Positions 36,131 through 47,608 of a stretch of DNA of 64,000 bases are shown piece after piece. The stretch lies in assembly GCA_963841435.1 (NCBI GenBank), contig CAWJCS010000005.1, positions 1 to 64,000 on the forward strand, in the 5' to 3' direction. The position numbers were made by a program, and so were the translations under genes. Below the pieces are notes generated by a model. It made no database searches, was not told the origin of the DNA, and was given only the letters and a program-made list of their open reading frames with translations. Numbering within the stretch: the first letter of the stretch is position 1; each line of letters begins with the position of its first letter. Source of the DNA: an uncultured delta proteobacterium (GTDB lineage Bacteria; Myxococcota_A; Polyangia; Polyangiales; Polyangiaceae).

Positions 36131-38059
36131 ATGCCGACCGAGGTCCCAAAAGGCCCCCGCCCCGCCCCTCTCGCCCTGCGCCTCAGCGAGGACTTGGTGC
36201 CCGGCGTGCCGTTCGGCGCGGGCTCGGACCGACTGCGCGCGCTCGTTCGCGACCTCGAACGCCCGTCGGCGCCGCTCCCTCAAGCAGCGGCACTGCGCGA
36301 GGCGTGTCGCGCCGTCCTCGCGAGCGGCGCGGCGCGTGTCGTTCTGCTCGATTTTCCCGACGCAACCCTAGAATGCCAGGTCCTGCCCGAGCCAGCGTCG
36401 GGCGGCGGCCGGCGTGGCCTGCTCGCGCTCTTCACGGACGTGACGGGGGAGCGCGCCGCCGCGAGCGAGGAGCACGATCGCGGCCAGCGCTTCCGCGTCG
36501 TCGTCATGCACATGCCGGGCTTTTGCTACACCGTGAATCGAGAGCTCGTGTTCACCTCGTCGGTCGGCTCGGGGCTCTCGAACCTGAGCCTCGCCGAGGG
36601 TCAGCTCGTGGGCGTGCGTCTCACCGACCTCTGGGGCACCTCGGATCCGACCTACGAGCCCTTCGCGTGCCACCTGAGGGCGCTCGGCGGAGCCGCTCAG
36701 ACCTACCAAGACGTGTGCATGGGGCGCTCGCTCGAGTACCAGCTGCAACCGCTGCGCGACGGCGACGGTGCCATCGTGGGCGTGATCGGCGTGGGCTTCG
36801 ACGTGACCGAGCGCGAGCTCGCGAAGGAAGAGAAAGCTCGCCTTTCTGCCCAGCTCCGCCAGGCCCAGAAAATGGAGGCGATCGGCCGCCTCGCGGGGGG
36901 TGTCGCCCACGATTTCAACAACCTGCTCACCTGCATCCTCGGCAACCTCACACTCGCCGAGAATCGCCTCGAGGACGGCTCTCCGCTCAGGCGTCACCTC
37001 ACGGTCGCGACGGCCGCCGCCGAGAGCGCGGCCACGCTGACGCGGCAGCTGCTCGCGTTCGGTCGCAAGCAGGTCATCGAGCCGCGCCCGCTCAACCTCA
37101 GCGTGCTCATCGAGCGCGTGCGCGACATGCTGGAGCGCCTGATCGGCGAGAGCATCACGCTGTTGACGAGCTTTGCGCCCGACCTCTGGTACGTCCAGGC
37201 CGACCCGGGGCAGCTCGAGCAGATCCTGGTAAATCTCATCGTGAATGCGCGTGACGCCATCACGGGGCACGGCGAGATCTTCGTCGAGACGGCGAATCTG
37301 AAGCTCAAGGGAAGGGGCGGCACGGCGCCCGAACAGCTCGCGCCCGGTCAATACGTCGTGCTCACGGTGGGCGATTCGGGACGCGGCATGTCGGAAATCG
37401 TGCGTGCACGGCTGTTCGAGCCGTTCTTCACGACCAAGGAGACGGGGGCGGGCACGGGCCTCGGGCTTGCCACCGTGTACGGCGCGGTGCAGCAAAACGG
37501 AGGCACCATCGCCGTCGACTCCCAGCTCGGTGCGGGGTCCACCTTCCGCATCTTCCTGCCCCGCGTGCACGCCGACGCGGAAGCCGTGCTCGCCGACGCG
37601 CCCACGCCCCCGCCACCCTCGCGCCCGCGGGGCGGCACGGAGACGATCCTGCTCGTCGAGGACGAGCCGCTCGTGCTCGAGCTCGCGCAGTGCGCGCTCC
37701 AGGAGCTTGGCTACAAGGTGCTGCCGTGCGCCAGCGCCGACGAAGCCTTGCGCACCTTCGCCGAGTACCCGGCGACTATCGATTTGCTCGTGACGGATGT
37801 AGTAATGCCCCGCATGAACGGTAAGGAGCTTGCGGCGCGCATCGTTTCGCTACGACCCGGCATCCACGTGCTATTTAGCTCCGGCTACGGCGAGGACATC
37901 ATCACCAGGCAAGGCGTCATCGAGACGGGGCTGCACTTCATCGAAAAGCCGTATAGGCCGAACGACCTCCTGGCGAAGGTGCGCGACATCCTCGACCAGC
38001 AGCGCCCGCGGGCCGGCGCGCCACCGAGCGGCCGCGAGCACTCAGCCGGTGTTGCATGA
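36131..38059 (+). CDS. PAS-containing hybrid sensor histidine kinase/response regulator
   Basis: AGGVAHDFNNLL H-box, NARDA, FEPFFTTK, GTGLGL; receiver LLVEDE..TDVVMP..KP. Confidence 0.93.
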   Translation: MPTEVPKGPRPAPLALRLSEDLVPGVPFGAGSDRLRALVRDLERPSAPLPQAAALREACRAVLASGAARVVLLDFPDATLECQVLPEPASGGGRRGLLALFTDVTGERAAASEEHDRGQRFRVVVMHMPGFCYTVNRELVFTSSVGSGLSNLSLAEGQLVGVRLTDLWGTSDPTYEPFACHLRALGGAAQTYQDVCMGRSLEYQLQPLRDGDGAIVGVIGVGFDVTERELAKEEKARLSAQLRQAQKMEAIGRLAGGVAHDFNNLLTCILGNLTLAENRLEDGSPLRRHLTVATAAAESAATLTRQLLAFGRKQVIEPRPLNLSVLIERVRDMLERLIGESITLLTSFAPDLWYVQADPGQLEQILVNLIVNARDAITGHGEIFVETANLKLKGRGGTAPEQLAPGQYVVLTVGDSGRGMSEIVRARLFEPFFTTKETGAGTGLGLATVYGAVQQNGGTIAVDSQLGAGSTFRIFLPRVHADAEAVLADAPTPPPPSRPRGGTETILLVEDEPLVLELAQCALQELGYKVLPCASADEALRTFAEYPATIDLLVTDVVMPRMNGKELAARIVSLRPGIHVLFSSGYGEDIITRQGVIETGLHFIEKPYRPNDLLAKVRDILDQQRPRAGAPPSGREHSAGVA

Positions 38060-38071
38060 CTGCGCCGCCGG

Positions 38072-38093
38072 AGGGCCCTAGCTGGCCCTTTTT
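38072..38093 (+). terminator. Rho-independent terminator
   Basis: AGGGCC-CTAGCT-GGCCCT followed by TTTT, just after the kinase stop codon. Confidence 0.6.
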
Positions 38094-38177
38094 GAACGAT
38101 TCCACCATGATCAGAAGCCTCTGGGCCGGGAATGTACGTGGACCCAGGATGAAAACCTCCCCGAAGGAGTTCCGTTG

Positions 38178-40731
38178 ATGAGCCGGTCGTTACCCTTTGC
38201 GCCCACTGCGACAACGTCGGTATTGGTGATGGCGTTGACCGCTGCCTGCGGTCACTCGAGCGATACGTTGGACGCGTTCGAGCAGTCCAAGAAGGACAAT
38301 GGCCCCATCATGAGCGCGGGCGGCAGCGCGGGAACCGGCACGGGCGGCAGCGCCGGGACCGGCACGGGCGGGACCGGCAACATGAGCGGCAGCGCGGGCT
38401 CGGGCGGGAACCTGCCTCAGTTCGACTGCAACGCCGTTGCCTCGCAGCAGTTCGATCCGAACTACATGAAGGCCTACAGCGTGACGCCCGAGGTGGCCCA
38501 GGCCGTCACCAACACTCTGAGCAAGATGGACGGCGAAGGCAGGGCCAGCCAGATGCTCGGCATCCCCGCCGGCACCAGGGACTATCTGGACATCGAGCGC
38601 AGCCCCGACTTCAACGTCTCGGGCATCGGCAACATTCGCGGGTACAACTACCGCGACGCCGGTCGCGGCGTGAACCTCGACGCGGGGCAGCACAACCGCA
38701 CCCACAGCGGTGGCAACTACGCCACGGTGTTCCCCGCTCCGTCGATCCGCGCGGCGTCCTGGGATCTCGACCTCGAGAAGCGTGTCGGCGCGGCTGCCGG
38801 TGACGAGACGGCGGCGTCCCTGAACAACATGCTGCTCGCCCCCTGCATGAACATCATCCGCCACCCCTACTGGGGCCGCACGCAGGAAACCTACGGCGAG
38901 GACACGTACCACGTCGGCCGCATGGCGACGGCCTTCACGGTCGGCCTGCAAGAGTACGTCACGGCCTGCGCCAAGCACTTCGCGGCCAACAACATCGAGA
39001 AGGCGCGCTCGACGCAGAACGCGAAAATGAACGAGCAGACGCTGCGCGAGATCTACGCGCGCCACTTCGAGATGGTCGTTCAGGACGGCGGCGTCGGCTG
39101 CATCATGGCGTCCTACAACCTGATCAACGACGTCAAGTTCGACGCAGAACCCGCACCTCCTCCGCGACATCCTGAAGGCGCCCATCGAGCAGGGCGGCAT
39201 GGGCTTTCAGGGCCTCGTGATCTCGGACTGGTGGGCGATGCCGGGCGATCAGAACGATCGGGATTCACAGACCGCCCAGACCGAGACCACCGAAGCGGTG
39301 AACGCGGGCCTCGATATCGAGGTGCCCTGGCAGCTCCACTATTCGACGGCCACGCTGGCGAACGCGGACCAGACGCTCGTCGAGGACTCGGCCAGGCGCG
39401 TGCTCACGCAGAAGTACCGGTTCAAGACGGCCCTCGACACCGACGGTTGGAGCGTCAAACCGCCGGTGTCCACGCTCGCGGCCGACGGGTCGATCGCGAC
39501 GAACATGGATCACGAGGCGCTATCCGAGGAAGCGGAGATCAAGTCGGCCGTGCTGCTGTCGAACGGCATCATGCCGTCCCCGCCAGTGCTCCCGCTCACG
39601 GCAGCGACGAACATCGGCGTGCTCGGCCCCGACCAGGCCTTCAGTCTCATCAGCTCGTCAGTGCCGAAGGTCTGCGACCCTCCCACGGGCAGGACCTGCA
39701 CGGTCCACTTCGCGACCGATGTTTCGCTCGGGGATCGTGGCTCGAGCCGCGTCAATGGCGACCCCGCACGCTCGGTCGGCCCCTTCGCCGGCATCCAGAT
39801 GGCCGCGCCAACGGGCGTGACCGTCCAGAGCGGCAACTCGGCGGCTTCGGAAGCGGCCACGGCCGCCGACACGCTCGTGGTCGTCGTCGGCTACACGCCC
39901 GGCGACGAGGGCGAGGAATACGCCATCAACGAGGGCGGCGATCGCAGCACCCTCGATCTTCCGGCAGGGCAAAACGAGTTCGTGTCCGCCGCGCTCGATC
40001 TGATGAAGCCGACGGTGATCATCGTCCAGTCGGGCTCGATCGTGAACCTGCCCTGGCTCGCTCATATGAATCACAATCAAGCCACGATTTGGGCGGGCTA
40101 TGGCGGCCTTCGCGGCGGGGCGGCGCTCGGCAAGCTCATCTTCGGCGCCGCGAACTTCTCGGGCAAAGTGCCGCTGGCCTGGCCGACGCAAGCCGAGCAA
40201 GACCTGATGGCGTTCAAGGGCGTCGATACGGCGACGAACATGGGCTACTTCTTCGGCTATCGTGAGTACGATCGCCGAAAGTACGTCGCGAGCCAGGCGA
40301 TCAACATGGTCTTCCCGTTCGGCTGGGGCATGAGCTACTCCACGTTCGAGTATTCGAACGTCATGCTCCCCTGCACGGCCGTCACGAAGGACGCCGTCTT
40401 CAACGTCTCCGTGGATATCGCGAACACCTCGACCGTTGACGGCGACGAGGTCGCCATGCTCTTCGTCAAGCCGCCCCCGAAGCCGGCCGACATCACGGGC
40501 GATCGCCCGTGGAAGGAGCTCAAGAGCTTCGCACGCGTCCACGTGCCCGCGGGCCAGACCGTCATGGCCCAGCTCCCGCTCCGCATTCGGGATCTTCGCC
40601 GGTGGGAGGGCGACAAGACGGGCCACTGGGTCGTCGACAGCGGCGACTACACGATCCTCGTGGGCAAGAACGCCGACGACGCAGAGGCTACGACCACCAA
40701 CCTTGGTACCCTCACGGTCAACGGCGGCTGA
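38178..40731 (+). CDS. GH3 beta-glucosidase lipoprotein with FnIII domain; frameshift at 39138-39139
   Basis: Lipobox TAAC; WGRTQETYGED, KHFAAN, MASYN, ISDW, FPFGWGMSY, KELKSF; the halves join by deleting one T. Confidence 0.9.
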
Positions 40732-40775
40732 GCCACCCCACGCAAGCTACGACCGCGACATTCGGAACAAGCACC

Positions 40776-42329
40776 ATGACTTTTCGACCAAATGGTTTGG
40801 GGCTCGGTGTAGCCCTATCTCTGGGTTCGTTCTGCTCGAGCTTCAGCGCCACGGCGCTGGCTCAGGACGAGGCACCGCTTGCCGGGAGCCCGGGAGACGC
40901 AGCGACGACGCCGAGCAGCGACGAAGCGCCCCTAACGCCCGCCGAGGCCCCCGCTGAAACGCCTGCGGCGGAGCCCGCAACGGAGCCCGAGCCAAAGCCG
41001 GAGCCGGCGAAGCCCCCCGAGCCGGTGGCCGCGGCGGGGCCGACCACCGCGTCTGGAACGAGCGTGGAGCGCGAGAAAACCGTGTCGCTCGTGGGCCTCG
41101 AGCTGTTGCCCGGCTCGGCGTACCCGAGCGTCCAGACGCGCGGCATCAAGTACGGCTCTCTGTGGCTCACGTTTCACGGCCAGCAATGGCCGTACATGCC
41201 GCTCGTCGAAGGCGGCCCGGGCGTGCGCGTCGGGATCTCCGGGTCGGTCTGGAACGATCTCAGCAACACGCGGATTGCGGTGGACAACTCCCTCAAGGCA
41301 TCCGCCATCAACGACCAGAATCGCTGGACGACGCAAACGCGCGGAGTGCTGCGCGTCACACCGACGTACAGCGCCAAGAACGGTTGGTTCGTCCAGGGCA
41401 ACGCCGAGTTCGTCGCCCACGGCGACATGCGCGTTGACCCCACGTCGGGAGTCCTCGGCACCAACGATGACCTCTGGGTGCGCGGCGGCAAGTGGAACCT
41501 CTTCGACGTGACGGTCGGGCGCTTCCAGGGCTGGGAAATCGCCAACCACTACGGCATGGCGCTCGATCAGAACACGCTCGAGCGTTCCGGCGCGTGGATC
41601 GTGAGCTCGTCGCTCACGAGGCCGACGGACGGTTACGGCCTCAGCTACTTCTGGGACCGGCAGGACTTTTTGCTCGGTGGCTACGCCGTGCACGTCTACC
41701 CGACGAAGTTTTTGCGCGCTGAGATCCTCGGCCACGTCGGCGCCGGTGGCTCCCCCTTCGCGGGCACCCCGCATCAGGTGGACGTTCGTCCGTCGGCCAT
41801 CTTCGACATCGGCTACGTCAAGCTCAAAGCCGGGTGGGAGTACGGCAAGGCGATCCCGCAGGACAAGACGCAGCACCAGCGTGACTCGAAGAACGGCTAC
41901 GGCTTCGCCGCCCAGTTCGTGCTCGCCCCGTGGGTCGAGGCCGGAGGCAGCTTCGCGCGCGGTTTTCAGGACGTTCTGGACCAGTACGGCAACGTTAACC
42001 TGGCTGGCAGCAACACCGTTCAAACCTTCGGAGGCTTTCTGAACGTGAGCCCCGCCTACGAGCCCCTCGTGATCGGGTTCGGTGCCTTCCAGAACAACTA
42101 CGAAAACTTTCGTATCGACGCCAACACGGGGCCGCACAACGGCAAGGTTGACACCAACGACCAACTCCAGATGTTCGGCGCCGTTCAGTACACGCTGTGG
42201 GACCAGCTCTATTTGAAGTTCGTCGTGGCGCGCGCGAAAAACCACGTCGAGGCCTTCAAAGTCGGCGGTAGCAGCGTCTACACGAATGAGTCGTTGAGCG
42301 GCCGCTTGCGCGCGATGCTCCTGTTCTGA
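40776..42329 (+). CDS. Outer-membrane beta-barrel (porin-like) protein
   Basis: Signal peptide ALA-Q, Pro/Glu linker, amphipathic strands, terminal Phe. Confidence 0.75.
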   Translation: MTFRPNGLGLGVALSLGSFCSSFSATALAQDEAPLAGSPGDAATTPSSDEAPLTPAEAPAETPAAEPATEPEPKPEPAKPPEPVAAAGPTTASGTSVEREKTVSLVGLELLPGSAYPSVQTRGIKYGSLWLTFHGQQWPYMPLVEGGPGVRVGISGSVWNDLSNTRIAVDNSLKASAINDQNRWTTQTRGVLRVTPTYSAKNGWFVQGNAEFVAHGDMRVDPTSGVLGTNDDLWVRGGKWNLFDVTVGRFQGWEIANHYGMALDQNTLERSGAWIVSSSLTRPTDGYGLSYFWDRQDFLLGGYAVHVYPTKFLRAEILGHVGAGGSPFAGTPHQVDVRPSAIFDIGYVKLKAGWEYGKAIPQDKTQHQRDSKNGYGFAAQFVLAPWVEAGGSFARGFQDVLDQYGNVNLAGSNTVQTFGGFLNVSPAYEPLVIGFGAFQNNYENFRIDANTGPHNGKVDTNDQLQMFGAVQYTLWDQLYLKFVVARAKNHVEAFKVGGSSVYTNESLSGRLRAMLLF

Positions 42330-42631
42330 TCCGCGCGAGCTAGCGGGCGACCTTGCCCGCGCGGTCTCGCGCTCGACGCGGGTCGGCACACGCTGCGCGG
42401 CGCCACCCACGCGCTGGGCTCACGTTCGCTCCGAGCTACCTCGGCCACCTGCGCTGAAAGCCGCGGGCGAGACGCCGATCGGAGCTCGGAAAACGACCCC
42501 GGGAACACCCGGAGAACAAAAGTGCGGCTGCGCTCTCTCTTGAAATGGGGAGCATCGCTCGCTCCTTGTCGCCAGCTGTGCAAAGATCGGGCTGCTGCTT
42601 TCCACTTGCTTCGTCCCCGAGGGAGCCTCTC

Positions 42632-44815
42632 ATGCGCGCACATCGAGTCATCGGCGTTCTCCTCTTACCGGCTGCTCTTGCGTGCCAGAACGCAGACTCG
42701 ACGGATGGCGACGGTAGCGGGAACGCGGCGTCGGCGGGGACCGGTGCGACCGGCCCCGGCAGTGGCGGGGTTGCCGGGTTGACGTCAGCGGGTGCGGCGG
42801 GAGTTTCTGCCGGCGCCTCCGGCGTCGGGGTCGGCGGCGCTGCCGCTCAGGCTGGTACGGGCGCTGGGGGTTCGTCGGGCGGCGACTTCGGAGGAACCTC
42901 GGGCAGCGGTGCTGGCTTGGGGGGAGCTTCCAGCGGCAACGGTGGCGCGGCCGGCGCGGCCGGAGGCACGAGCGGCATCGGTGGGAGCGATAGCAGCGGA
43001 GGGACGGCAGGCGGTGCCGGGGGCCCCACGTTCGTGTATCCCGCGCCGGTGGCGCCGTGGCAGCCGAGTCAGGCGTGCGTTGACAAGGCAGCCCAAGTCC
43101 TCGCGGGCATGACGCAGAAGCAGAAGGCCGGCCAGATGGTTCAGGCCAACTCCGACGGGGTGACTCCGGCGGACGTGGCCTCCTACGCGCTCGGGTCGGT
43201 GTTCAGCGGAGGAAGCGCCGATCCCCCGTCGGGTGATGCCCCGCAGACCTGGCGAAGCTTCGTCGAGGGCTTCGAGGCACAAGCTACCGCCGGGATCCCA
43301 CTCATCTACGGCATCGACGCGGTGCACGGGAACAACAACGTCAGCGACGCCGTGCTCTTCCCTCACAACATCGGGCTCGGCGCGACTCGCGATACCGCGC
43401 TCGTCACGGAAATCGGGCGGATCACCGCCAGCGAGATGCGCGGCACGAGCATCGACTGGACGTTCGGTCCCGCGATCTCCCCGGCTCAAGACGAACGCTG
43501 GGGGCGCATCTTCGAGAGCTACTCCGAGGACCCTGCGCTCACCGCCGAGTTTGCCGTCGCCGTCGTCAAGGGGCTGCAGGGCGACACGCTGGGCGGTCCG
43601 GAGTCGGTGCTCGCGTGCGCCAAGCATTTCGCCGGCGACGGAGCGACCCAGGGAGGCGTGGATCAGGCCAACACCGTGCTCGACGAAGCCACGTTCCGAA
43701 AGCTCGGCGTCGAAGTGTACCAACCGCTGATCAATGCCGGCGTCGGCAGCATCATGGTTTCTTACAGCAGCTACAACGGCGTGAAGATGACGGGGAACAC
43801 CCACTGGCTCACCGACGTGCTCAAGGGCGAGATGGGCTTCCGCGGCATCCTGGGCTCCGACTGGGCAGCCACGGGACAATTGTCAGGCACCGCCGAAACG
43901 CAGGTTGCCACGGCGATCAACGCGGGCCTCGACATGCTCATGGAACCGTACGCCTGGAAAGAAGTGGCCGGCATCCTCGAGGCCGCGCCCACGGCGGGTG
44001 GCACCGCCATGATTCCGCAGTCGCGCATCGACGATGCGGTGACGCGGATCCTCACGGTCAAGTGCGAGCTCGGCATGCTCACGCCCGGCTACAATCCGGG
44101 CGGCGACGCCGCGCTGCTCTCCCAAGTCGGCTCACAGGCTCACCGCGACGTTGCCCGCCAGGCCGTTCGAGAATCCGCGGTGCTGCTTCGCAACGAAAGC
44201 AGCGCGCTCCCCATTCCCGAGACGGCGCGGGTTCACGTCGCGGGCTCGGGTGCGGACTCCTTGCAGCGTCAGTGCGGTGGTTGGACGATCGATTGGCAAG
44301 GGCTCGGCGTCACGAACGGAACGCCCGGTGTCACCTCGGGGACGACCATCCTCACCGGGATCAAGGACATCGCGGGCGCCGGCAACGTGACCTACTCCCA
44401 GGACGGCAGTGGCGTTCCCAGCAACGCCACTCACATCGTCGTCGTGCTGAGCGAGGCGCCGTACGCCGAGGGCGTCGGTGACGAAACGGACCTCGATCTG
44501 GCCGCCAGGACGCCGGACGTGCCCGTGCTCCAGGCGGTCAGCTCGCTGGGTCTCCCCGTCATCGCCGTGATCGTCAGCGGGCGACCGCTGATCATCGAGC
44601 CGTACCTCAATCTCGCCAACGCCTGGGTCGCGGCCTGGCTCCCGGGCTCGGAGGCCAACGCTCTCGCCGATGTGCTCTTCGGACGCTACCCGCCCACTGG
44701 CAAGCTCAGCCACAGCTGGCCCAAGACGATGGCGCAGATCCCCATCAACGTGGGCGACGCCGACTACGCCTCCGATCCGCCGCTCTATCCGTTCGGCTAC
44801 GGACTGAGCTACTGA
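42632..44815 (+). CDS. GH3 exo-beta-glucanase/beta-glucosidase lipoprotein
   Basis: Lipobox ALAC; YGIDAVHG, RWGRIFESYSED, AKHFAGDG, SDW, PYAEGVGD, AWLPGSE, YPFGYGLSY. Confidence 0.94.
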   Translation: MRAHRVIGVLLLPAALACQNADSTDGDGSGNAASAGTGATGPGSGGVAGLTSAGAAGVSAGASGVGVGGAAAQAGTGAGGSSGGDFGGTSGSGAGLGGASSGNGGAAGAAGGTSGIGGSDSSGGTAGGAGGPTFVYPAPVAPWQPSQACVDKAAQVLAGMTQKQKAGQMVQANSDGVTPADVASYALGSVFSGGSADPPSGDAPQTWRSFVEGFEAQATAGIPLIYGIDAVHGNNNVSDAVLFPHNIGLGATRDTALVTEIGRITASEMRGTSIDWTFGPAISPAQDERWGRIFESYSEDPALTAEFAVAVVKGLQGDTLGGPESVLACAKHFAGDGATQGGVDQANTVLDEATFRKLGVEVYQPLINAGVGSIMVSYSSYNGVKMTGNTHWLTDVLKGEMGFRGILGSDWAATGQLSGTAETQVATAINAGLDMLMEPYAWKEVAGILEAAPTAGGTAMIPQSRIDDAVTRILTVKCELGMLTPGYNPGGDAALLSQVGSQAHRDVARQAVRESAVLLRNESSALPIPETARVHVAGSGADSLQRQCGGWTIDWQGLGVTNGTPGVTSGTTILTGIKDIAGAGNVTYSQDGSGVPSNATHIVVVLSEAPYAEGVGDETDLDLAARTPDVPVLQAVSSLGLPVIAVIVSGRPLIIEPYLNLANAWVAAWLPGSEANALADVLFGRYPPTGKLSHSWPKTMAQIPINVGDADYASDPPLYPFGYGLSY

Positions 44816-44844
44816 GGCGGCGGGCTGGTACCCCGGCCCGGAGC

Positions 44845-45720
44845 TCAGCCGCCCGAATCCCACTCGCACACGTACGGCTTCGTCCCGCCGCAGATGTCGT
44901 CGTTCCAGGCACCGTTGCTGCTCATCTGCATGAAGCCGCAGTGCTCGTAGCAGTCTCCCGAGCCCGACGGGCAGGTCTTCATGTAGTTGTTGGGCTCGCC
45001 GTCCGCCCAGCCGTTGAACTGTGCGATGTCTTCGCCGGTGATCCAGGTCGAGGGCGTGCCGTCCCCGCCTTCGTTGTCCATCTTCCCGTCGGTGCACCCG
45101 ATCCACGTGTCGACCATGCCCGTCAGTCCCCAGACGAAGTCCTGCTCGGCCTGGGACGTGATGGTGACGAGGTGCCCGTTCGAGAGCGCCATGCACGCCT
45201 GGCGAGCGTTCGACCAGATCACCCCGCCCGTGTTCATGTAATAGCAGTGGCCCGCGTTGGCTTGAGCCTGCGGGTTGATGGCCGCGCACGACGAGGGGCC
45301 GCCGCCGCTTCCCGCGCCTCCGGTGGCTCCCGCTGCGCCGCCGACGCCGGCGCTTCCAGCGCTGCCACCCGTCGCGTCGCCGGCACTGCCCGACGTTCCG
45401 GCCGCGGCCGCGGTGTCCCCGGCGCTGCCCGCAACGCCACCGACGCCGGCGCCGCTCGCCCCGCTTCCCGCGTCGCCCGCGCTGCCGCCGAGGCCCGCCG
45501 TACCGGCGGATAGGTCGCCGGCGCTGCCGGCAATCCCCGCGGTTCCGCTCGTTGCGCCTGTGCCACCCGCGAGATCACCACCGACGCCGGCGCTGCTACC
45601 GCCCGTGCCCGCCGGGCCGCCAGCACCCCGCGGAAAGGTCTGCTTGTAGTCCTCTTGACCAAAGCACCCCACGGCCACCGTGAGCAGCGGAACGAGCATC
45701 CGAAGACGAAAGATAGGCAT
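44845..45720 (-). CDS. C-type lectin domain lipoprotein
   Basis: Lipobox AVGC; HCY, HLVTITS..EQ, WIG, EPNN, WNDDIC, YVCE. Confidence 0.88.
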   Translation of the reverse strand: MPIFRLRMLVPLLTVAVGCFGQEDYKQTFPRGAGGPAGTGGSSAGVGGDLAGGTGATSGTAGIAGSAGDLSAGTAGLGGSAGDAGSGASGAGVGGVAGSAGDTAAAAGTSGSAGDATGGSAGSAGVGGAAGATGGAGSGGGPSSCAAINPQAQANAGHCYYMNTGGVIWSNARQACMALSNGHLVTITSQAEQDFVWGLTGMVDTWIGCTDGKMDNEGGDGTPSTWITGEDIAQFNGWADGEPNNYMKTCPSGSGDCYEHCGFMQMSSNGAWNDDICGGTKPYVCEWDSGG

Positions 45721-46279
45721 GCTCCAAACTTAGCGCCGCGCACGGGTGCTGCGCTAGTTGTCGGTAACGTGAGAGCCACGCGACGAGGCACGAGAAGCAC
45801 GCCGCTCCAGCGAGCCGAGCACGAAGGCCAACGTCTACGGGACCCATCGGGCAGAAATGCGACGCACGGAGGAATCGACAGCGCACGAGCTTCGACGAAC
45901 CGTCGCTTTCGCTCGTGCTCCGCGCGCGGAACCACGCGCGCGCCGTGCGACGACGCGCGCCCGCGCGACGAGACACGCCTCACGCGAAGGAGAGCACGCC
46001 ACGCATAGCGCCGGTTCCGCCCCGCGCGGCTCGCGGTTCGACGACCAGTCGCGGTCTCTCAGGGTCCCGCTCCCCGCCCGGCGCCGCGGCCGGACCGCGT
46101 GATCACGCGCTCTTCACGCGGGAATTCCATCGCGCGTGTTACTCGCCGTTGGATTCCATCGCGGGCAAAAGTTTTCCGCGACGAGCGGCGGGGGAGATCG
46201 GTTGCTTGGCGAAGGCTGGCGGTCGGCGGCCTCGCCTCGTCGCGTGCTCGGCACGCCGGGTACCCGCGTGAGGCGCCGC

Positions 46280-47446
46280 ATGGTGGTCGGCGTGGAGCGC
46301 ATCCCGATGGAGGCCGCAGCGCTCGGTCTCCTCGGCAATCTCGGGGGCGCGACGCCACACGGCCCGCGAACAGCCCTCGCTCACCCGCCCCGCTCGCTCG
46401 ACGCCGAAGGGTTGCTCACCGAATTTCCCGCGGGCCGCTCACCGGGCGAGATCGGCCGGCGTGTCGCCGAACGCTTCGTCGCCGACCCGCTGAGCTCCGA
46501 TCGGGGGGAGCCGATTCACTGCGCGGAGGCGTGCGCCTTTTACGGGTCCCTGGCGGTGGCGCGGCGCCTTGGTGATCGCGACCTCGAGGCCAGGCTCGTG
46601 AAAAAGCTCGCCCCTCTACTCTCCGCGCCGGGCTCGGCCTGGGTGCCGACGCGCCCGCACGTCGAGGATCGCGTGTTCGGCATCGTCCCGCTCGAAGCCT
46701 ATCGGCATGGCAGGAGCTCGGAGCACCTGGCGTTGGGCCTCGGCCTCGCGGACGCCCAGTGGCGAAGCACGAGCACCGACGGCATCACGAGCGAGGCTCG
46801 CTACCGGGTCGACGACATGTACATGATCACCGCGCTCCAGGTGCAGGCCTTTCGCGCCACCGGAGCCGTGCGGTACCTCGAGCGGGCGGCGAGAACTGTC
46901 ATCGCCTACCTCGAGCGATTGCAGGAGCCCTCGGGCCTCTTCGCCCACACGCTTTCGTCGCCCGCCCACTGGGGCCGCGGCAACGGCTGGGCCGCGGCGG
47001 GCATGACCGAGCTCTTGCTGGCGCTGCCCGCCGAGCACCCCTATCGCCCGCGCGTGCTCGAGGGCTATCGCCTCATGCTGTCGGCGCTGCTCGCCCACCA
47101 GAACGCCGACGGCCTCTGGCACCAGATCGTCGATGCGCCCGAGGCGTGGATCGAAACGTCCGCGAGCGGCATGTTCACCTTCGCGATGCTGACAGGCGTC
47201 AAGCACGGCTGGGTCGATGAACCGAGCTACGCCCGGGCCGCGCGCAAGGCCTGGCTCGGGCTCACCGCGTACCTCGACGACGAAGCGAGACTTCGCGAAG
47301 TGTGCGGAAACGGCGGCGACGGGAATTCGGAGGCCGGCGCGACCCGCTCGGCGGAGGTCGGGTACCATTTGAGTCGCCCCCGTCGCGCGGGCGACGTGCA
47401 CGGCCAGGCGCCCCTGCTCTGGTGCGCAGCCTCCCTTCTTCCTTGA
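46280..47446 (+). CDS. GH105/GH88 unsaturated glycuronyl hydrolase (start uncertain)
   Basis: DDMYM, GLFAH, WGRGNGW, GLWHQ, ETSAS, DVHGQAP. Confidence 0.85.
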   Translation: MVVGVERIPMEAAALGLLGNLGGATPHGPRTALAHPPRSLDAEGLLTEFPAGRSPGEIGRRVAERFVADPLSSDRGEPIHCAEACAFYGSLAVARRLGDRDLEARLVKKLAPLLSAPGSAWVPTRPHVEDRVFGIVPLEAYRHGRSSEHLALGLGLADAQWRSTSTDGITSEARYRVDDMYMITALQVQAFRATGAVRYLERAARTVIAYLERLQEPSGLFAHTLSSPAHWGRGNGWAAAGMTELLLALPAEHPYRPRVLEGYRLMLSALLAHQNADGLWHQIVDAPEAWIETSASGMFTFAMLTGVKHGWVDEPSYARAARKAWLGLTAYLDDEARLREVCGNGGDGNSEAGATRSAEVGYHLSRPRRAGDVHGQAPLLWCAASLLP

Positions 47447-47608
47447 GCAGCCCGGAAAGGCCCGAGGGGACCTCCCGATGAACCGAAGACTGATGGGGCC
47501 CGCCGCGAGCGACCCTACGAATGTGCAAAAGAGGCCTTTCTTGCGCCCCGGTGCTGAACGAAGGATGCTCTACAACGTTCCGAAACAGCCGTTTCGGTGG
47601 AGGCTCGT

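Noticed and set aside
47447-47608. Structured intergenic region as a riboswitch or sRNA
   Set aside because: Only a short hairpin (CCGAAAC/GTTTCGG) beside the RBS; no recognisable family consensus.
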